This document shows, piece after piece, positions 1 to 10,453 of a stretch of 55,007 nucleotides of DNA. Each line of letters opens with the position of its first letter. The first letter of the stretch is position 1. The translations under genes and the position numbers were made by a program. The stretch lies in the IMG/VR virus record IMGVR_UViG_3300037153_000557, positions 1 through 55,007 of that record; one strand, 5' to 3'. Source of the stretch: a virus (lineage: Duplodnaviria; Caudoviricetes). The notes beneath the pieces are model-generated. The model ran no database searches and was not told where the DNA came from. It saw only the letters and a list, made by a program, of their open reading frames with translations.

Positions 1-78
1 ACTTGGCTCTCTTTTGGGAATATCAGGACCATGTAACGAAGCTACCAGTTGAAACACCACTATGGCGTGCTCCTGATA

Positions 79-346
79 GAGGTACCCCTAAGATCCTTGT
101 AAAAATGTGCATTAGTGTACCTTTGTTCTAAAAGTGCCAACTTTGCGGCCAAAAAGATGTCAATTTGTGAATGGAGATTGCGGCTAAAAGCGTTTAGTTG
201 CAGTGCATAAAGCGACTTTAGCAGAGATTTCATGCACACCATCAAGCACCAACATCTTGCTCGGAGACTTTTCAGGACGCCGCCAAGCTCGGCAATATAA
301 CAAATTGTTTTACTGCACAATTTCGCACGGATCTTAGGGGTACCTC
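79..346. mobile_element. MITE (non-autonomous IS derivative), 268 bp
   Basis: Perfect 18-bp TIR GAGGTACCCCTAAGATCC (79-96) / GGATCTTAGGGGTACCTC (329-346), extending imperfectly to about 35 bp. 5-bp target duplication TAGGA at 54903-54907 and 347-351 once the genome is circularised. No transposase. Confidence 0.85.
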
Positions 347-362
347 TAGGAGGGATTAGATT

Positions 363-1421
363 ATGGGATTTGGGACAAATACCTCATTTGATACTCTGGC
401 CTATGCCAGAAATACCACCGTAGCCAAGTTCGGTGAGGATCGTGCATTCGATGCTATCGAAGTCGCTTTTGAAGCGCACAATGAGCAAATGCAAGAGATG
501 ATGGCAGATCTTGCGGATACGACAACTGATCAGCTTCGAGCATTCGGCGGACCCGATAACATGACTATGGAAGAGTTGGACGAGTTCGGTACTCCAGATG
601 CTCAGAAAATCACGGCGGGTCAAAATGTTGGCTTCCCGTGTAAGTACTATGGCATCGGTCTCCAGTGGACTCGCCAGTACTTTCAAGGCGCTATGGCTTC
701 GGAGCTAGCAGCGCAGGCTACTGCAGCGATGGATGCTGATGTGAAGATGATCAAGCGGGATCTGGCAAGAGCTCTCTTCTACCCGACGAACTACAACTTT
801 GTGGATAGACTTGCTCCAAAGAAGCTCACGCTGCCCGTTAAGGCTCTTATCAATGCTGATAGCTCAGCTATACCGATTGCACCTGATGGCACAACCTTTA
901 ACGGTGCTAGCCATACTCACTACCTTGGTACATCCTCCTTTGCTAATACAGATCTCACGGCTGGTATCAGCACCGTCAATGAGCATTTCTTGAGTGGTTC
1001 AGTTACCATCATGATCAATATTGCCCAGGAAAGCACAGTGAGAGGCTTCACAGGCTTTACTGCTAGACTTCCTGTATCGGTCATCGGTGCTATTACTTCT
1101 CAGCAGACACGTGACAATCTTGACGTGTACAACGTGACAAATCGCTGTATCGGTGATTTTAACGGCGTGGAAGTATGGGTGAAGCCTTGGATACCAAGTG
1201 GTTATGTTCTGTTCTTGCATGGCGGCAATGGTGATAAGGTACTGGTAAGACGCAACCTTGAAGGTGACTCCGGTGACCTGCAGCTTCTGTTCGACTTGGA
1301 AGAGTATCCACTCCGGTCAAAAGCAATGGGTCGAAAGTTTGGCTTTGGTGTGTGGAATAGGTTAGCTGCCGCTGTCCTAGACACAGCTCACAGCTCGTAT
1401 AACCAACCTACTATCAACTGA
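363..1421 (+). CDS. major capsid protein
   Basis: 352 aa; RBS AGGAGG; follows scaffold and decoration genes on the circle and precedes neck genes. Confidence 0.8.
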   Translation: MGFGTNTSFDTLAYARNTTVAKFGEDRAFDAIEVAFEAHNEQMQEMMADLADTTTDQLRAFGGPDNMTMEELDEFGTPDAQKITAGQNVGFPCKYYGIGLQWTRQYFQGAMASELAAQATAAMDADVKMIKRDLARALFYPTNYNFVDRLAPKKLTLPVKALINADSSAIPIAPDGTTFNGASHTHYLGTSSFANTDLTAGISTVNEHFLSGSVTIMINIAQESTVRGFTGFTARLPVSVIGAITSQQTRDNLDVYNVTNRCIGDFNGVEVWVKPWIPSGYVLFLHGGNGDKVLVRRNLEGDSGDLQLLFDLEEYPLRSKAMGRKFGFGVWNRLAAAVLDTAHSSYNQPTIN

Positions 1422-1433
1422 TGAGGTGAAATT

Positions 1434-1727
1434 ATGGCAGATCCTAAAGGACAGACACAACAACCTGAGGGCACTGATCAGAATGTCCCTCAACAGGCCC
1501 CACAAGGGCAAGAGCAGGTAAGCCTCACTCAAGCCATTCGAGAGGCTTTTAGCAGCATTGCACGTGAACAGAAGAATCCGGCGCTTGCCTTACAAGGGGA
1601 AATACCACAGCTTGATTATGCTCCTGAAGGGGGGCGCTATGTGGTACGTGGTCAGGTGGTAGATGCTGAAGGCAAGCCTTTGAAGGATTATAGAGCAACT
1701 GCTGATGGCGCAATTGTAAAGGCCTAA
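1434..1727 (+). CDS. hypothetical protein, head module
   Basis: RBS GAGGTG; in operon. Confidence 0.55.
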   Translation: MADPKGQTQQPEGTDQNVPQQAPQGQEQVSLTQAIREAFSSIAREQKNPALALQGEIPQLDYAPEGGRYVVRGQVVDAEGKPLKDYRATADGAIVKA

Positions 1728-1729
1728 CC

Positions 1730-2167
1730 ATGAACAGGACCGACGCTACAAACTTGCTCACACAGCAGTATAGAGAGCTTGCAGCTGACGCCGAGTTCAC
1801 ATCTCAGAATACAACAGATGCATATAATGCAGCTATTGACATGAGTTTGCGTCAACTCGGCTATCAGGAGAGTGACCTTGCGACGGCAGATGTCGATCAA
1901 CCGAACGTGCTCAAATACATCGCTCTCTTGAATTACTACACACTGAAACGCTTCTCAACGCTGTATTCGATCAAGTTTGATGTGGAAGCTGGTCAAAAGG
2001 CAATAATGGCAAGCTTGTCACAATCGTTCAAAATGATCACGGTCTTGCTAGAACAAGCTGCTCAGGAACTAACTCAGTATGGCATCTTCGTAGGCAGTGC
2101 GCAAGGCTTCCAAATGGGGCGTATGACTCTAGACTATCTTGAGCCTAGCACGCTATCGGAGTTCTAG
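1730..2167 (+). CDS. putative head-tail adaptor
   Basis: 145 aa, helical-looking; synteny. Confidence 0.55.
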   Translation: MNRTDATNLLTQQYRELAADAEFTSQNTTDAYNAAIDMSLRQLGYQESDLATADVDQPNVLKYIALLNYYTLKRFSTLYSIKFDVEAGQKAIMASLSQSFKMITVLLEQAAQELTQYGIFVGSAQGFQMGRMTLDYLEPSTLSEF

Positions 2168-2169
2168 TC

Positions 2170-2520
2170 ATGCCATTTATTAGCACTTCCACGCTTACTA
2201 AGCTGGCAACCATCGCTAGCAAAGCTCTGATAGATGATTGCACGATTGAGCGTAATTCTGTACAAAATGGGCAAGTCACCCCAGCACCTATTGAGACGGT
2301 GAAATGCTTAGTCAAGCCGCTCAACTGGCAAAATTCGACTATTGAGGACTACTCAGCTAACAATATTATGCTTTGGCGCGTGTCTTTTCCGCTCAACACC
2401 AACCCGCAAGAGGGGGATGTGCTCACGATCAACGGGCAAAAAATGACCGTGCAAAAGGTGTACACACCTGAGTCGTACTCGGTTTTTGATCAAGTTGACG
2501 CAAGTGGGGTGAAATCGTGA
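2170..2520 (+). CDS. putative head closure (stopper) protein
   Basis: 116 aa, beta-rich, EGDVLTINGQKMTV motif typical of the family; synteny. Confidence 0.6.
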   Translation: MPFISTSTLTKLATIASKALIDDCTIERNSVQNGQVTPAPIETVKCLVKPLNWQNSTIEDYSANNIMLWRVSFPLNTNPQEGDVLTINGQKMTVQKVYTPESYSVFDQVDASGVKS

Positions 2521-2996
2521 TTTTGAGCAGTAATTCGGCAGGGCTGGATGCACTGATAGCCAAGGCTAAGCAAGCGCAATCTGAGTTGCCGCGTGCAACT
2601 AGGGATGCTGCTCAGCGCATAGGTGACACGGTTGCAAAGCAACTCTCTGATGTCGCTCCGAAAGGCAAGAATGGAGGTCCACCACCACCCGGTGACGCTC
2701 AGGGAAAGCTTTCGAACTCGTTCTCTGCTAAAGCTGAGCAAAGAGATGTAGGGGCTCGCATGACGCTCTCAACGAGCCAACCACTCAAGCTCAAAATCAT
2801 CACAGGAGGGCGTAAAGTTGTGGTACCGACCACGAAAAAGGCTTTGTTCTGGCCCGGATTATCTCACCCAGTCAAGCGTTCGAATGCTGTGAAGGCAAAC
2901 GACTTTGTTTCACCGGTCATGAGCCGTAGGAATGATGTGGTGAAAGCTGAGATGCAAAAAGCTATTCAAGAGCTGAAAGGTATTCTAGGTAGGTAA
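2517..2996 (+). CDS. HK97 gp10-like neck/tail-completion protein
   Basis: Basic protein with KKALFW..HPV and ANDF motifs; synteny. Confidence 0.6.
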   Translation: MILSSNSAGLDALIAKAKQAQSELPRATRDAAQRIGDTVAKQLSDVAPKGKNGGPPPPGDAQGKLSNSFSAKAEQRDVGARMTLSTSQPLKLKIITGGRKVVVPTTKKALFWPGLSHPVKRSNAVKANDFVSPVMSRRNDVVKAEMQKAIQELKGILGR

Positions 2997-3521
2997 ATGC
3001 CTTTAAGAGAGATCAATAATCCTAATCCTGATATTGCCATCATGACTCTTCTCAAGAGCATTTTGCCTACGGGTACACAGCTAGCCGCAACTAGCCAATC
3101 AGGGACAGGCGATGAGCTCATCTTTGTCCAAGAAAAGTACAAAATGTCGCTCGTTTTGAGGCAAGATGAGTCTACATCAGCAGTAAACATTTCGGCAAGT
3201 ACACCACAAGAGTATGCACTTGAAGCACAAAGGTCATACTCAGGATTGCTAACAATAGATGTATCTTACTATACCAAATGGACAGGGAATAATGAGGATA
3301 TAGAGACGCAATGGGCAGATATCAGTGCTGATTTGGAGCGTATGAAAGCGAATATTGAGGAACAAGACGCAACTGAGTATCAAGGTACAAATCATACGAT
3401 TAGTTTAGAAAAGATTGCTCTGAGTCCCTATAACGAACAATTTGACGACTCTGTACCAGGAATTACGCCTATCAAGCGTGTGATGACTGTCACCTATAAC
3501 ATTCTTCCATATGGCATTTAG
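2997..3521 (+). CDS. putative tail terminator
   Basis: 174 aa, acidic; lies before the tail tube gene. Confidence 0.5.
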   Translation: MPLREINNPNPDIAIMTLLKSILPTGTQLAATSQSGTGDELIFVQEKYKMSLVLRQDESTSAVNISASTPQEYALEAQRSYSGLLTIDVSYYTKWTGNNEDIETQWADISADLERMKANIEEQDATEYQGTNHTISLEKIALSPYNEQFDDSVPGITPIKRVMTVTYNILPYGI

Positions 3522-3530
3522 GAGGTGAAC

Positions 3531-4010
3531 ATGCCAGATATACCAGAAGGCTTAGTACCAGCTCGCTACAAAGGGCATGGCGGCATAAGCCTACAGCCAG
3601 GCGCGAAATACTACAACATTGATGGGTCCCGCCGCAAGGATACAGAGAACAAAAGTGCTCTCTCACTCGAACCTGGTGATGAGATGCTCTGGCGGGATGA
3701 GGATGTGTACGGGAAAACCTTGCTCCATGATCCGAATGGCAACAAACCATCCAAATATCTTGGCCTTGGGAAGGTTGTTCTCCCTGAGCATGCCGATCTC
3801 ACCGACCAGGAGCGCTATGACTTGGGATACGAACATCACATGCCTAGACGCGACTTGGAAGCTATAGTACCTCTTGAGGAATTTCTGAAGCAAAGAGAAA
3901 AGGCTACCAAGAAGCCAAAGAAGTCCAGGGAAGTCTCGCAAACAATCACCATAGAGCAGCCTCTTGACGCTCCTGTTGAGGATGGACAGGAAGAAAGTGA
4001 GCAAGGCTAA
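3531..4010 (+). CDS. hypothetical protein
   Basis: RBS AGGAGGTG before ATG 3531; stop overlaps next start. Confidence 0.6.
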   Translation: MPDIPEGLVPARYKGHGGISLQPGAKYYNIDGSRRKDTENKSALSLEPGDEMLWRDEDVYGKTLLHDPNGNKPSKYLGLGKVVLPEHADLTDQERYDLGYEHHMPRRDLEAIVPLEEFLKQREKATKKPKKSREVSQTITIEQPLDAPVEDGQEESEQG

Positions 4011-5275
4011 TGGCAATACTCACGCCTTTTAGGGGTTCAAATTTTTACATAGGCTTTGCTGAGCAGAGTGACCCTAACACGCCTCAAGCACCTACTGTCT
4101 TTCCACGATGGAGAAATAGTACCAAGGTTGAGATTAATCCCACCTTCTCTGAAGAGGAAGAAGGAGACGGCTCAAGACGTACTACCCTGCTCCTCAAAAA
4201 CGGGCAAGAGGTGAAAATCACACTTGTCAGCTCTCTACGCCCAAATGAGAGAGGCTATTTTGAGAAGTGGGCACATGGGGCAAGTGCCGATACCTACACA
4301 GCGCCTGCCGTGGCTACAACGCTTGCAGGTGCCACGCTTGCAAATGCCACCTCGATCACTGTTCATTCTAATACTGGACTGACAAGCTCGGGGACAATCG
4401 CTCTTGTTCTAGAGCCGGGAACGGCGACTGAAGAGATAGCAATCTTCTCCGTACCTGCTACCGGATCAAGCGATCCGTACACTCTCACAGTGGATAGTAG
4501 TTACAATGGAGGCCATCTCAAGCTTGCTCATGCAAACAGTGGTGTGGTGAAATCCAAAGCCTCTCATGTACTCACAGACCAGAGCGATGGGCCATATATC
4601 ACGGTTGAGGCTGGCTGGGGAATTCTCTACAGTGGTGGTGGAACGGCTATCAGGATCAAAGCGTGCAAAATCGATAAGTTCACTACAGCATGCGAAAAAG
4701 GCAAGATGCTCATGGATACTATCGAGATGACAGGTATCGTGAGCACGGTCCAAGGTTCGGCTGCTACTGTCACACTCGATCAGCATGCTCCATTCATCTT
4801 CTATGAGGGTGCGTACACCATTGATGGCAACTCGACTGCTCAGGCTCTGCGCAAATTCAGCATAGAGCGAACCAACAACCTTGACGCGGATACTCAGGGT
4901 GAAGGCCTCAATCCTACCTGCTTGATCTTTGGGAAATTGGATGTAAAGGTCAAGGCCACGCTCATTCTCACTGCATTTTCACCGATCTACCAGACCTTTT
5001 ACGGAAGCAAGACAGGCACTACTGACTCAACGCAAGTTGGCTTAGGGAGCTTTAATGCTTTATTCACGCAACCGGACACGCTCAACACGCTTGCTTACAA
5101 CATTCTCACGCTTGGCTATACCAATACCCCTTGGCCAGAACCGAAAGAGGACGGCAAGCACTGGGATCTCGATATTGAGGGCACAAGCGTGGTAACACCG
5201 CTTAGTGGGAGTGGGCCAAATAACGCGTATAAGCTGCAAACAACCCTTACCAACACACAGTACGGAGCTTACTAA
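4010..5275 (+). CDS. major tail (tube) protein with inserted Thr/Ala-rich domain
   Basis: 421 aa; YIGFAEQ start and FSIERTNNL motif; upstream of chaperone and tape measure genes. Confidence 0.75.
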   Translation: MAILTPFRGSNFYIGFAEQSDPNTPQAPTVFPRWRNSTKVEINPTFSEEEEGDGSRRTTLLLKNGQEVKITLVSSLRPNERGYFEKWAHGASADTYTAPAVATTLAGATLANATSITVHSNTGLTSSGTIALVLEPGTATEEIAIFSVPATGSSDPYTLTVDSSYNGGHLKLAHANSGVVKSKASHVLTDQSDGPYITVEAGWGILYSGGGTAIRIKACKIDKFTTACEKGKMLMDTIEMTGIVSTVQGSAATVTLDQHAPFIFYEGAYTIDGNSTAQALRKFSIERTNNLDADTQGEGLNPTCLIFGKLDVKVKATLILTAFSPIYQTFYGSKTGTTDSTQVGLGSFNALFTQPDTLNTLAYNILTLGYTNTPWPEPKEDGKHWDLDIEGTSVVTPLSGSGPNNAYKLQTTLTNTQYGAY

Positions 5276-5277
5276 CT

Positions 5278-5727
5278 ATGGACAACGCAACAATTGAAGC
5301 AACACTTGAGCAGATGAAACAGGCTCCACGTGTGCAAGCAGTAAACATGGATGAGGTCAATCGAGAAACTATTCATGTAAAACTGCACATCTACAAGGAT
5401 ATCCCTCTTGTAGATGATGATGGTAATCCCTTTTGTGATGAGCAGGGAAACCAATATATGGGGCGTGAAGTTGTCGGCACTCGAACAGCCAAGATCAAGA
5501 ATATTGTGCCTGTAGATGCTTACCACGAGGCTATAGAGGTCTCGAAAGGCTTTGTACAAGGACAAATGCCTAACGAAGAGCAGTTAGACCAGATGGCAGA
5601 AATGGTACTCAAATGCTGGCAGATATCAGAGCCATTCATGACCAAGAAAGCACTGAGGGAAGGTGTGAATGGTGATCGGATCATGGCCTTATTCACGCGT
5701 TTTTTCAATCAGGAGAGCCCCCTCTAG
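5278..5727 (+). CDS. tail assembly chaperone (G-like)
   Basis: Between tail tube and tape measure genes; slippery site near the 3' end. Confidence 0.75.
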   Translation: MDNATIEATLEQMKQAPRVQAVNMDEVNRETIHVKLHIYKDIPLVDDDGNPFCDEQGNQYMGREVVGTRTAKIKNIVPVDAYHEAIEVSKGFVQGQMPNEEQLDQMAEMVLKCWQISEPFMTKKALREGVNGDRIMALFTRFFNQESPL

Positions 5728-6218
5728 AGCTGCAATCCCTCTCAAGAAGGGAATACAACGCGAAACGATCAGGGGAAAGCTCTCCTATCTCTGATGATAT
5801 CCCTGTCAATCCTGATTGCGATTGGGATGCTGAAGCCATCCAGAATGCACTAGACCAAGCACGCGAATGTGAGGAGGAAGGTGACTACGATACAGCCAAT
5901 CTCTTGAGAGCACAGGCGCAATCTGCTAAAGCTAGGTTGGATGGCACTGAGAAGGCTAACACAGCCCTTGAGCCATATGACCCAATGCGGACAAAGGCTC
6001 GATTGCTTTACCACTATCCCGGCCTCACGTGGCACGCACTCGAGGAGATGGACTATCGAGAATACTTTGGCTATATCCGAGAATTGACTTTTATCTTGCA
6101 AGAGAAAGCACCCAAGGAAGAGAAGCCAAAACAGCAGTCGCAAGGCGAGATACAGGCAATGCTCAACCAATTCCCGCAACCCGAACAATACACAGGTGAA
6201 ACAATACAGTTGATTTGA
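5700..6218 (+). CDS. -1 frameshift extension of tail chaperone (GT-like)
   Basis: Heptamer T TTT TTC at 5700-5706; the -1 frame is open from 5700 and continues into the listed ORF 5904-6218. Confidence 0.8.
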   Translation, partial: FFQSGEPPLELQSLSRREYNAKRSGESSPISDDIPVNPDCDWDAEAIQNALDQARECEEEGDYDTANLLRAQAQSAKARLDGTEKANTALEPYDPMRTKARLLYHYPGLTWHALEEMDYREYFGYIRELTFILQEKAPKEEKPKQQSQGEIQAMLNQFPQPEQYTGETIQLI

Positions 6219-6225
6219 GGCATAA

Positions 6226-9200
6226 ATGGCAGATAGCACCGTTTGGCAACTTGATATTCAACCAGGCAACTCACAAGCTACACTTGACGCCTTTGTGAAC
6301 AGCCTAAGCGTGGTCAAAGAGCAAATTGCTCAAGTTGGTGCCGCCGGTGAGAACTTTGACAAACTCCAAAGCTTCCAAGTCAAAGCTGCCGAAGCTGCTA
6401 AGAAGCTAGAAGTTGCACAAGCTCAAGCGGCTCTTGCCATGAAGAAAGCCCAAGATGCTGCATCAGGTGGCACGGCTTCAGCAGAACAAATAGCTCTTGC
6501 ACAGGCAAAGGCTGGTCTTGCTGCTCAGAAGGTGGAAACAGCACAAAATAACCTAAGTGTGGCTATGGGGAAGGTCCAAGCGGAGGGTGCTCGGCTAGCA
6601 ACAGCCATGCAAGAGGATGCTGAAGCGGCTCTGAACACGAGCACAGCTATGGATACTATCCGTAGTGCTGCTAGTGCCGTGCAAGAAGGTTTGAGCAGTG
6701 CTATCACGTGGATGGGTGACTTTGCCTCACAAGCCATGTCCTCAGCAAGTGAGTTCATCTCGAGCTTCCAAGGCGTTGATGAGGAGATGACCGTGGTCGA
6801 GGATAAGGCACAAGAGTCCTCTGGTGGGTTTCTCTCTAGCTTCAAGGGTGCCATTGGTGGAGTCATGCATTCTTTTGGCGAGTTCGGACTTGCCATGAAT
6901 GGTGTCCAGATGGGCATTCAGATGGTTGGGCAGGCTGTGGATGCGGTGATTGGTCCGGCAATGCAGTATCAAGAGATCTTGCATCAAACGGATGAGGTGC
7001 TCAAATCTACTGGTGATGCGAGTGGGATGACTGCCAAGTCTCTTCAGGACCTTGCAACCTCGCTTGGACAAACGACCTATTTTTCCCGTGACACGGTTCA
7101 GCAAGGGGAAAACCTGCTCCTCACCTTTACCGACATAGGAAAAGACGTCTTCCCCCAAGCCACAAAGACTATGCTTGACATGAGTAAAGCCATGGGGCAA
7201 GACATCAAGTCAAGCGCTATCCAGCTTGGTAAAGCCCTGAATGATCCCGCGCAGGGTCTGACAGCTCTCACCAGAGTAGGCGTGACGTTCACCGAGCAGC
7301 AAAAGAATATGATCAAGCAGATGGTGGCCGCTGGTAACACGGCGGGTGCTCAAAAGATCATGCTAGCTGAATTGCAGCGCGAGTTTGGAGGGAGTGCCGA
7401 TGCGACACAGACGCTGGCTGGTAAATGGCAAATCTTGCAGAACCGCTTTAATGACTTCAGAGAAAACATCGTCATGGCCGTTATGCCTGCTCTGACTGAA
7501 CTCGTTGGGTGGGTAACTGATCATGTCATGCCTGTCCTGGACGGTTTTGCAGCCTTTATTCAGAATGATGTCAACCCTGTTATAGGGGCCTTTGGTGGCT
7601 TTGTCCAAAATAAGATCTTCCCCGTGTTGCAAACATGGGCAGGCTATGTCAATGGAGCCGTTCTCGGAGCCTTCAACGTACTCAAGACCTTCTTTGAGAC
7701 GCATATCATGCCCAAACTCAGCGAATTTTGGGGATTTATTCAGAACAAGATCCTTCCAGTTCTCGAACGATGGGGAGCGGCTATCCAAACGCACGTTCTC
7801 AACAAATTTGCTGAAGTTCGGTCATTCATCGATACGCACATCATGCCTAGGTTGCAAGGTTTTTGGGCATACCTACAAAATAACATTCTCCCCATTCTAG
7901 AGGCTTGGGGACATAACATCCAGGTATGGGTGATAGACAAGCTCCATGACTTAAAAGCCTTTATTGAGAACCACATTGCGCCTACGCTCCAAGCATGGGG
8001 TCACAATATCCAAGTTTATGTTCTAGACAAACTCAGCGATCTCAAGCGTTTTCTTGAAAATAATGTTATACCTGTTTTGCAGTCCTGGGGCCATAACATT
8101 CAAATATGGGTATTGGACAAATTCAACGATCTGAAAACCTTTATTGAACAGCATGTGATGCCTAAATTGCAGGGTTTTTGGAACTATATCCAGACGCAAA
8201 TCGTTCCGGTGCTTCAGAAGTGGGGAAACAATATCAAGTTATGGGTACTGGACAAGCTTGACGAGCTAAAAACTTTTATCGAGACAAAAGTCCAGCCGAA
8301 GCTACAAGAGTTCTGGAATTACATTCAAACATACATAATCCCTGTTCTGGTGACATGGGGGAACAATATTAAAACGTGGGTGATAGACAAACTTGAAGCA
8401 CTAAAGTCCTATATTGAGACAGTCATTATTCCTAAATTAGAGAATTTTAAGGCCTATATTGAAATGCAGCTAGCAAATGCATTTAGCAATTGGGGAGATA
8501 AGATAAAAGGTGTACAAACAAATTTAGATAATTTCAAGACGTTTATTGAAACAAAAGTGATGCCTCCCCTGATGATCATTTGGAGCTTTATTCAAACCTA
8601 TGTCCTTTCTGTTTTCCAGTCTCTGGGCGAGCTCCTCTCCAATCATGTCAGTCCCGATATGGGGAAGCTTGGGGACAGTATTAATAAGGTTATTGGGGCT
8701 TTAGGTCATCTTTGGAACGTTGTTGCACCGGTAATTATGCCTCTTTTAGGAGGTCTTGCCTTTCTTATCTATGGACCACTCGTTTCTGGATTTGGCAAAT
8801 TAAAAGATGTTATTCATGAATTAGGCCCATTTCTTGACACGCTCGCAGAAGGTATATCGCGCATTGCGGACGATTGGTCCGTATGGATCAACGATATAGC
8901 AAATGCAATCGATTGGATCAAGAGGTTTGGCGCTGAGATTAACAAACTCCCAAGCCAAGCGGTCAGCTTTGTGGCTTCTCACTTGCCAAGTTTTGATACT
9001 GGCGTCGAGAACTTCGGTGGTGGTCTGGCCTATGTCCATGCAAAAGAGATGTTGGTCAATCTTCCCAAAGGTGTCTCGGTGTGGAACCCTGCAAAGACCG
9101 CACAATTCATGCAAACCGTCAAACTTCCGCCTCCTGTACCAGGTAATACCGCCATCTCTTCACAGACTACGTCACAACCCAATTCCGCAACCAATGACCA

Positions 9201-9378
9201 GATTGCTGGCTTACTGGCGGGTATCCTTGCTGAATTGCAAAAGCAAGGCAAAAATGCGGCCAGCATTGTCATGAATGCAAACGTCTCTTCTGGCTCATTC
9301 AATGCTCAAAGGATCAATCAGATTATTCAGAGCTTGGGAGGCAAAGAGATCGAAGCGATGCAAAGGGGGGCTTGGTAG
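6226..9378 (+). CDS. tape measure protein
   Basis: 1050 aa; AIQLGKALNDP..GLTALTRVGVTF core and periodic Trp/Phe amphipathic repeats. Confidence 0.92.
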   Translation: MADSTVWQLDIQPGNSQATLDAFVNSLSVVKEQIAQVGAAGENFDKLQSFQVKAAEAAKKLEVAQAQAALAMKKAQDAASGGTASAEQIALAQAKAGLAAQKVETAQNNLSVAMGKVQAEGARLATAMQEDAEAALNTSTAMDTIRSAASAVQEGLSSAITWMGDFASQAMSSASEFISSFQGVDEEMTVVEDKAQESSGGFLSSFKGAIGGVMHSFGEFGLAMNGVQMGIQMVGQAVDAVIGPAMQYQEILHQTDEVLKSTGDASGMTAKSLQDLATSLGQTTYFSRDTVQQGENLLLTFTDIGKDVFPQATKTMLDMSKAMGQDIKSSAIQLGKALNDPAQGLTALTRVGVTFTEQQKNMIKQMVAAGNTAGAQKIMLAELQREFGGSADATQTLAGKWQILQNRFNDFRENIVMAVMPALTELVGWVTDHVMPVLDGFAAFIQNDVNPVIGAFGGFVQNKIFPVLQTWAGYVNGAVLGAFNVLKTFFETHIMPKLSEFWGFIQNKILPVLERWGAAIQTHVLNKFAEVRSFIDTHIMPRLQGFWAYLQNNILPILEAWGHNIQVWVIDKLHDLKAFIENHIAPTLQAWGHNIQVYVLDKLSDLKRFLENNVIPVLQSWGHNIQIWVLDKFNDLKTFIEQHVMPKLQGFWNYIQTQIVPVLQKWGNNIKLWVLDKLDELKTFIETKVQPKLQEFWNYIQTYIIPVLVTWGNNIKTWVIDKLEALKSYIETVIIPKLENFKAYIEMQLANAFSNWGDKIKGVQTNLDNFKTFIETKVMPPLMIIWSFIQTYVLSVFQSLGELLSNHVSPDMGKLGDSINKVIGALGHLWNVVAPVIMPLLGGLAFLIYGPLVSGFGKLKDVIHELGPFLDTLAEGISRIADDWSVWINDIANAIDWIKRFGAEINKLPSQAVSFVASHLPSFDTGVENFGGGLAYVHAKEMLVNLPKGVSVWNPAKTAQFMQTVKLPPPVPGNTAISSQTTSQPNSATNDQIAGLLAGILAELQKQGKNAASIVMNANVSSGSFNAQRINQIIQSLGGKEIEAMQRGAW

Positions 9379-10440
9379 ATGGGATATGCATCATTTGGCT
9401 CGTATTCACTAGATAGCTTCTCTTCAGGATTGGGAAATATCTTGCGTGCAAAGGATGTGAGTGCTCCTGAAGTGGCTGCGATCACCTCTCCAATTGCACG
9501 CGGCTATGGGGTAGTAAAGAACGGAGAGCAAATCCTCTATCGTGACATTGATGTCATAATTAAGATTGTAGGCTCATCACGATCTGACCTTGTATCACGC
9601 TTGGATGCACTCAAGAAGGCATTGCGACTACGAGGCCAGCAATTAGTCATTTACGAGGATCTGAGGTACTTTGCAAACACAGACTGCATTTCTGCTCCTG
9701 CTACCCTGTCCGGTGCTGCAAATATCTCAGCGGCTCTAGTGACAATGAAATTTCGCTCATACGATCCAATGGCCTATGCAGCCTCGTCTAGTTCATATGA
9801 TACGGGCGTTGCTGTACTAACTTTATCTGGTGGCACATGGAACTTTGTAGCTATCTCTCTTGCTGGTGGCGGGACAATTGAAACTTATCCACTTATTCAC
9901 ATTATTAACAAAACCAGTACTGGATCGACGACTACCACAACAGCCAGAAATAGTGGCACGGCCTATACAACCCTTCCTGTGTCTGCTACAAGCTTTAGCG
10001 CCTCGGTCGGGGATCGACTTATCTTAAGCAACGGCACAAATACGCAAACAGTCGCCGTTGCTACGGCATTCTCATCAGGCGCTACCACCATTACCGTTAA
10101 TTCATTTACAGCAAATGCAACCTATGCCTCTGGTGCAACTGTAACGAAGGATACCCAATGGTCGGCTATCACTGTATCGCAAACTCAGGACTCGCAGACG
10201 CTTACCACGTACTCGACCAGTGGCACGCCGCTTCCCTCTGCCAATAACGATTATGTCGATATCCAGTGTGACCCAATTGTTGGCATGTCAATTATCACGA
10301 ACGGGTCCGGTGAAGTGAGTGATCCAGTGGGCGTTTTTCCCACGCTCAATCCTGACTCGACAACGTTCAATATTGCTATTACCAGTAATTCGGCTGTGAG
10401 TGCGGAAGCAGTGTTCTCATGGTCAAGTCGATATCTATGA
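9379..10440 (+). CDS. distal tail (Dit-like) protein with inserted domain
   Basis: Follows the tape measure gene; FRSYDPMAY, GTIETYPLI and C-terminal WSSRYL motifs. Confidence 0.7.
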   Translation: MGYASFGSYSLDSFSSGLGNILRAKDVSAPEVAAITSPIARGYGVVKNGEQILYRDIDVIIKIVGSSRSDLVSRLDALKKALRLRGQQLVIYEDLRYFANTDCISAPATLSGAANISAALVTMKFRSYDPMAYAASSSSYDTGVAVLTLSGGTWNFVAISLAGGGTIETYPLIHIINKTSTGSTTTTTARNSGTAYTTLPVSATSFSASVGDRLILSNGTNTQTVAVATAFSSGATTITVNSFTANATYASGATVTKDTQWSAITVSQTQDSQTLTTYSTSGTPLPSANNDYVDIQCDPIVGMSIITNGSGEVSDPVGVFPTLNPDSTTFNIAITSNSAVSAEAVFSWSSRYL

Positions 10441-10453
10441 AAGGAGGTGTATA

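Noticed and set aside
60-320. 86-aa ORF as a transposase
   Set aside because: No catalytic motif; it runs across the element boundary
7500-8620. CRISPR array or DGR repeats
   Set aside because: These are degenerate in-frame tape-measure repeats; no spacers, and no reverse transcriptase in the window
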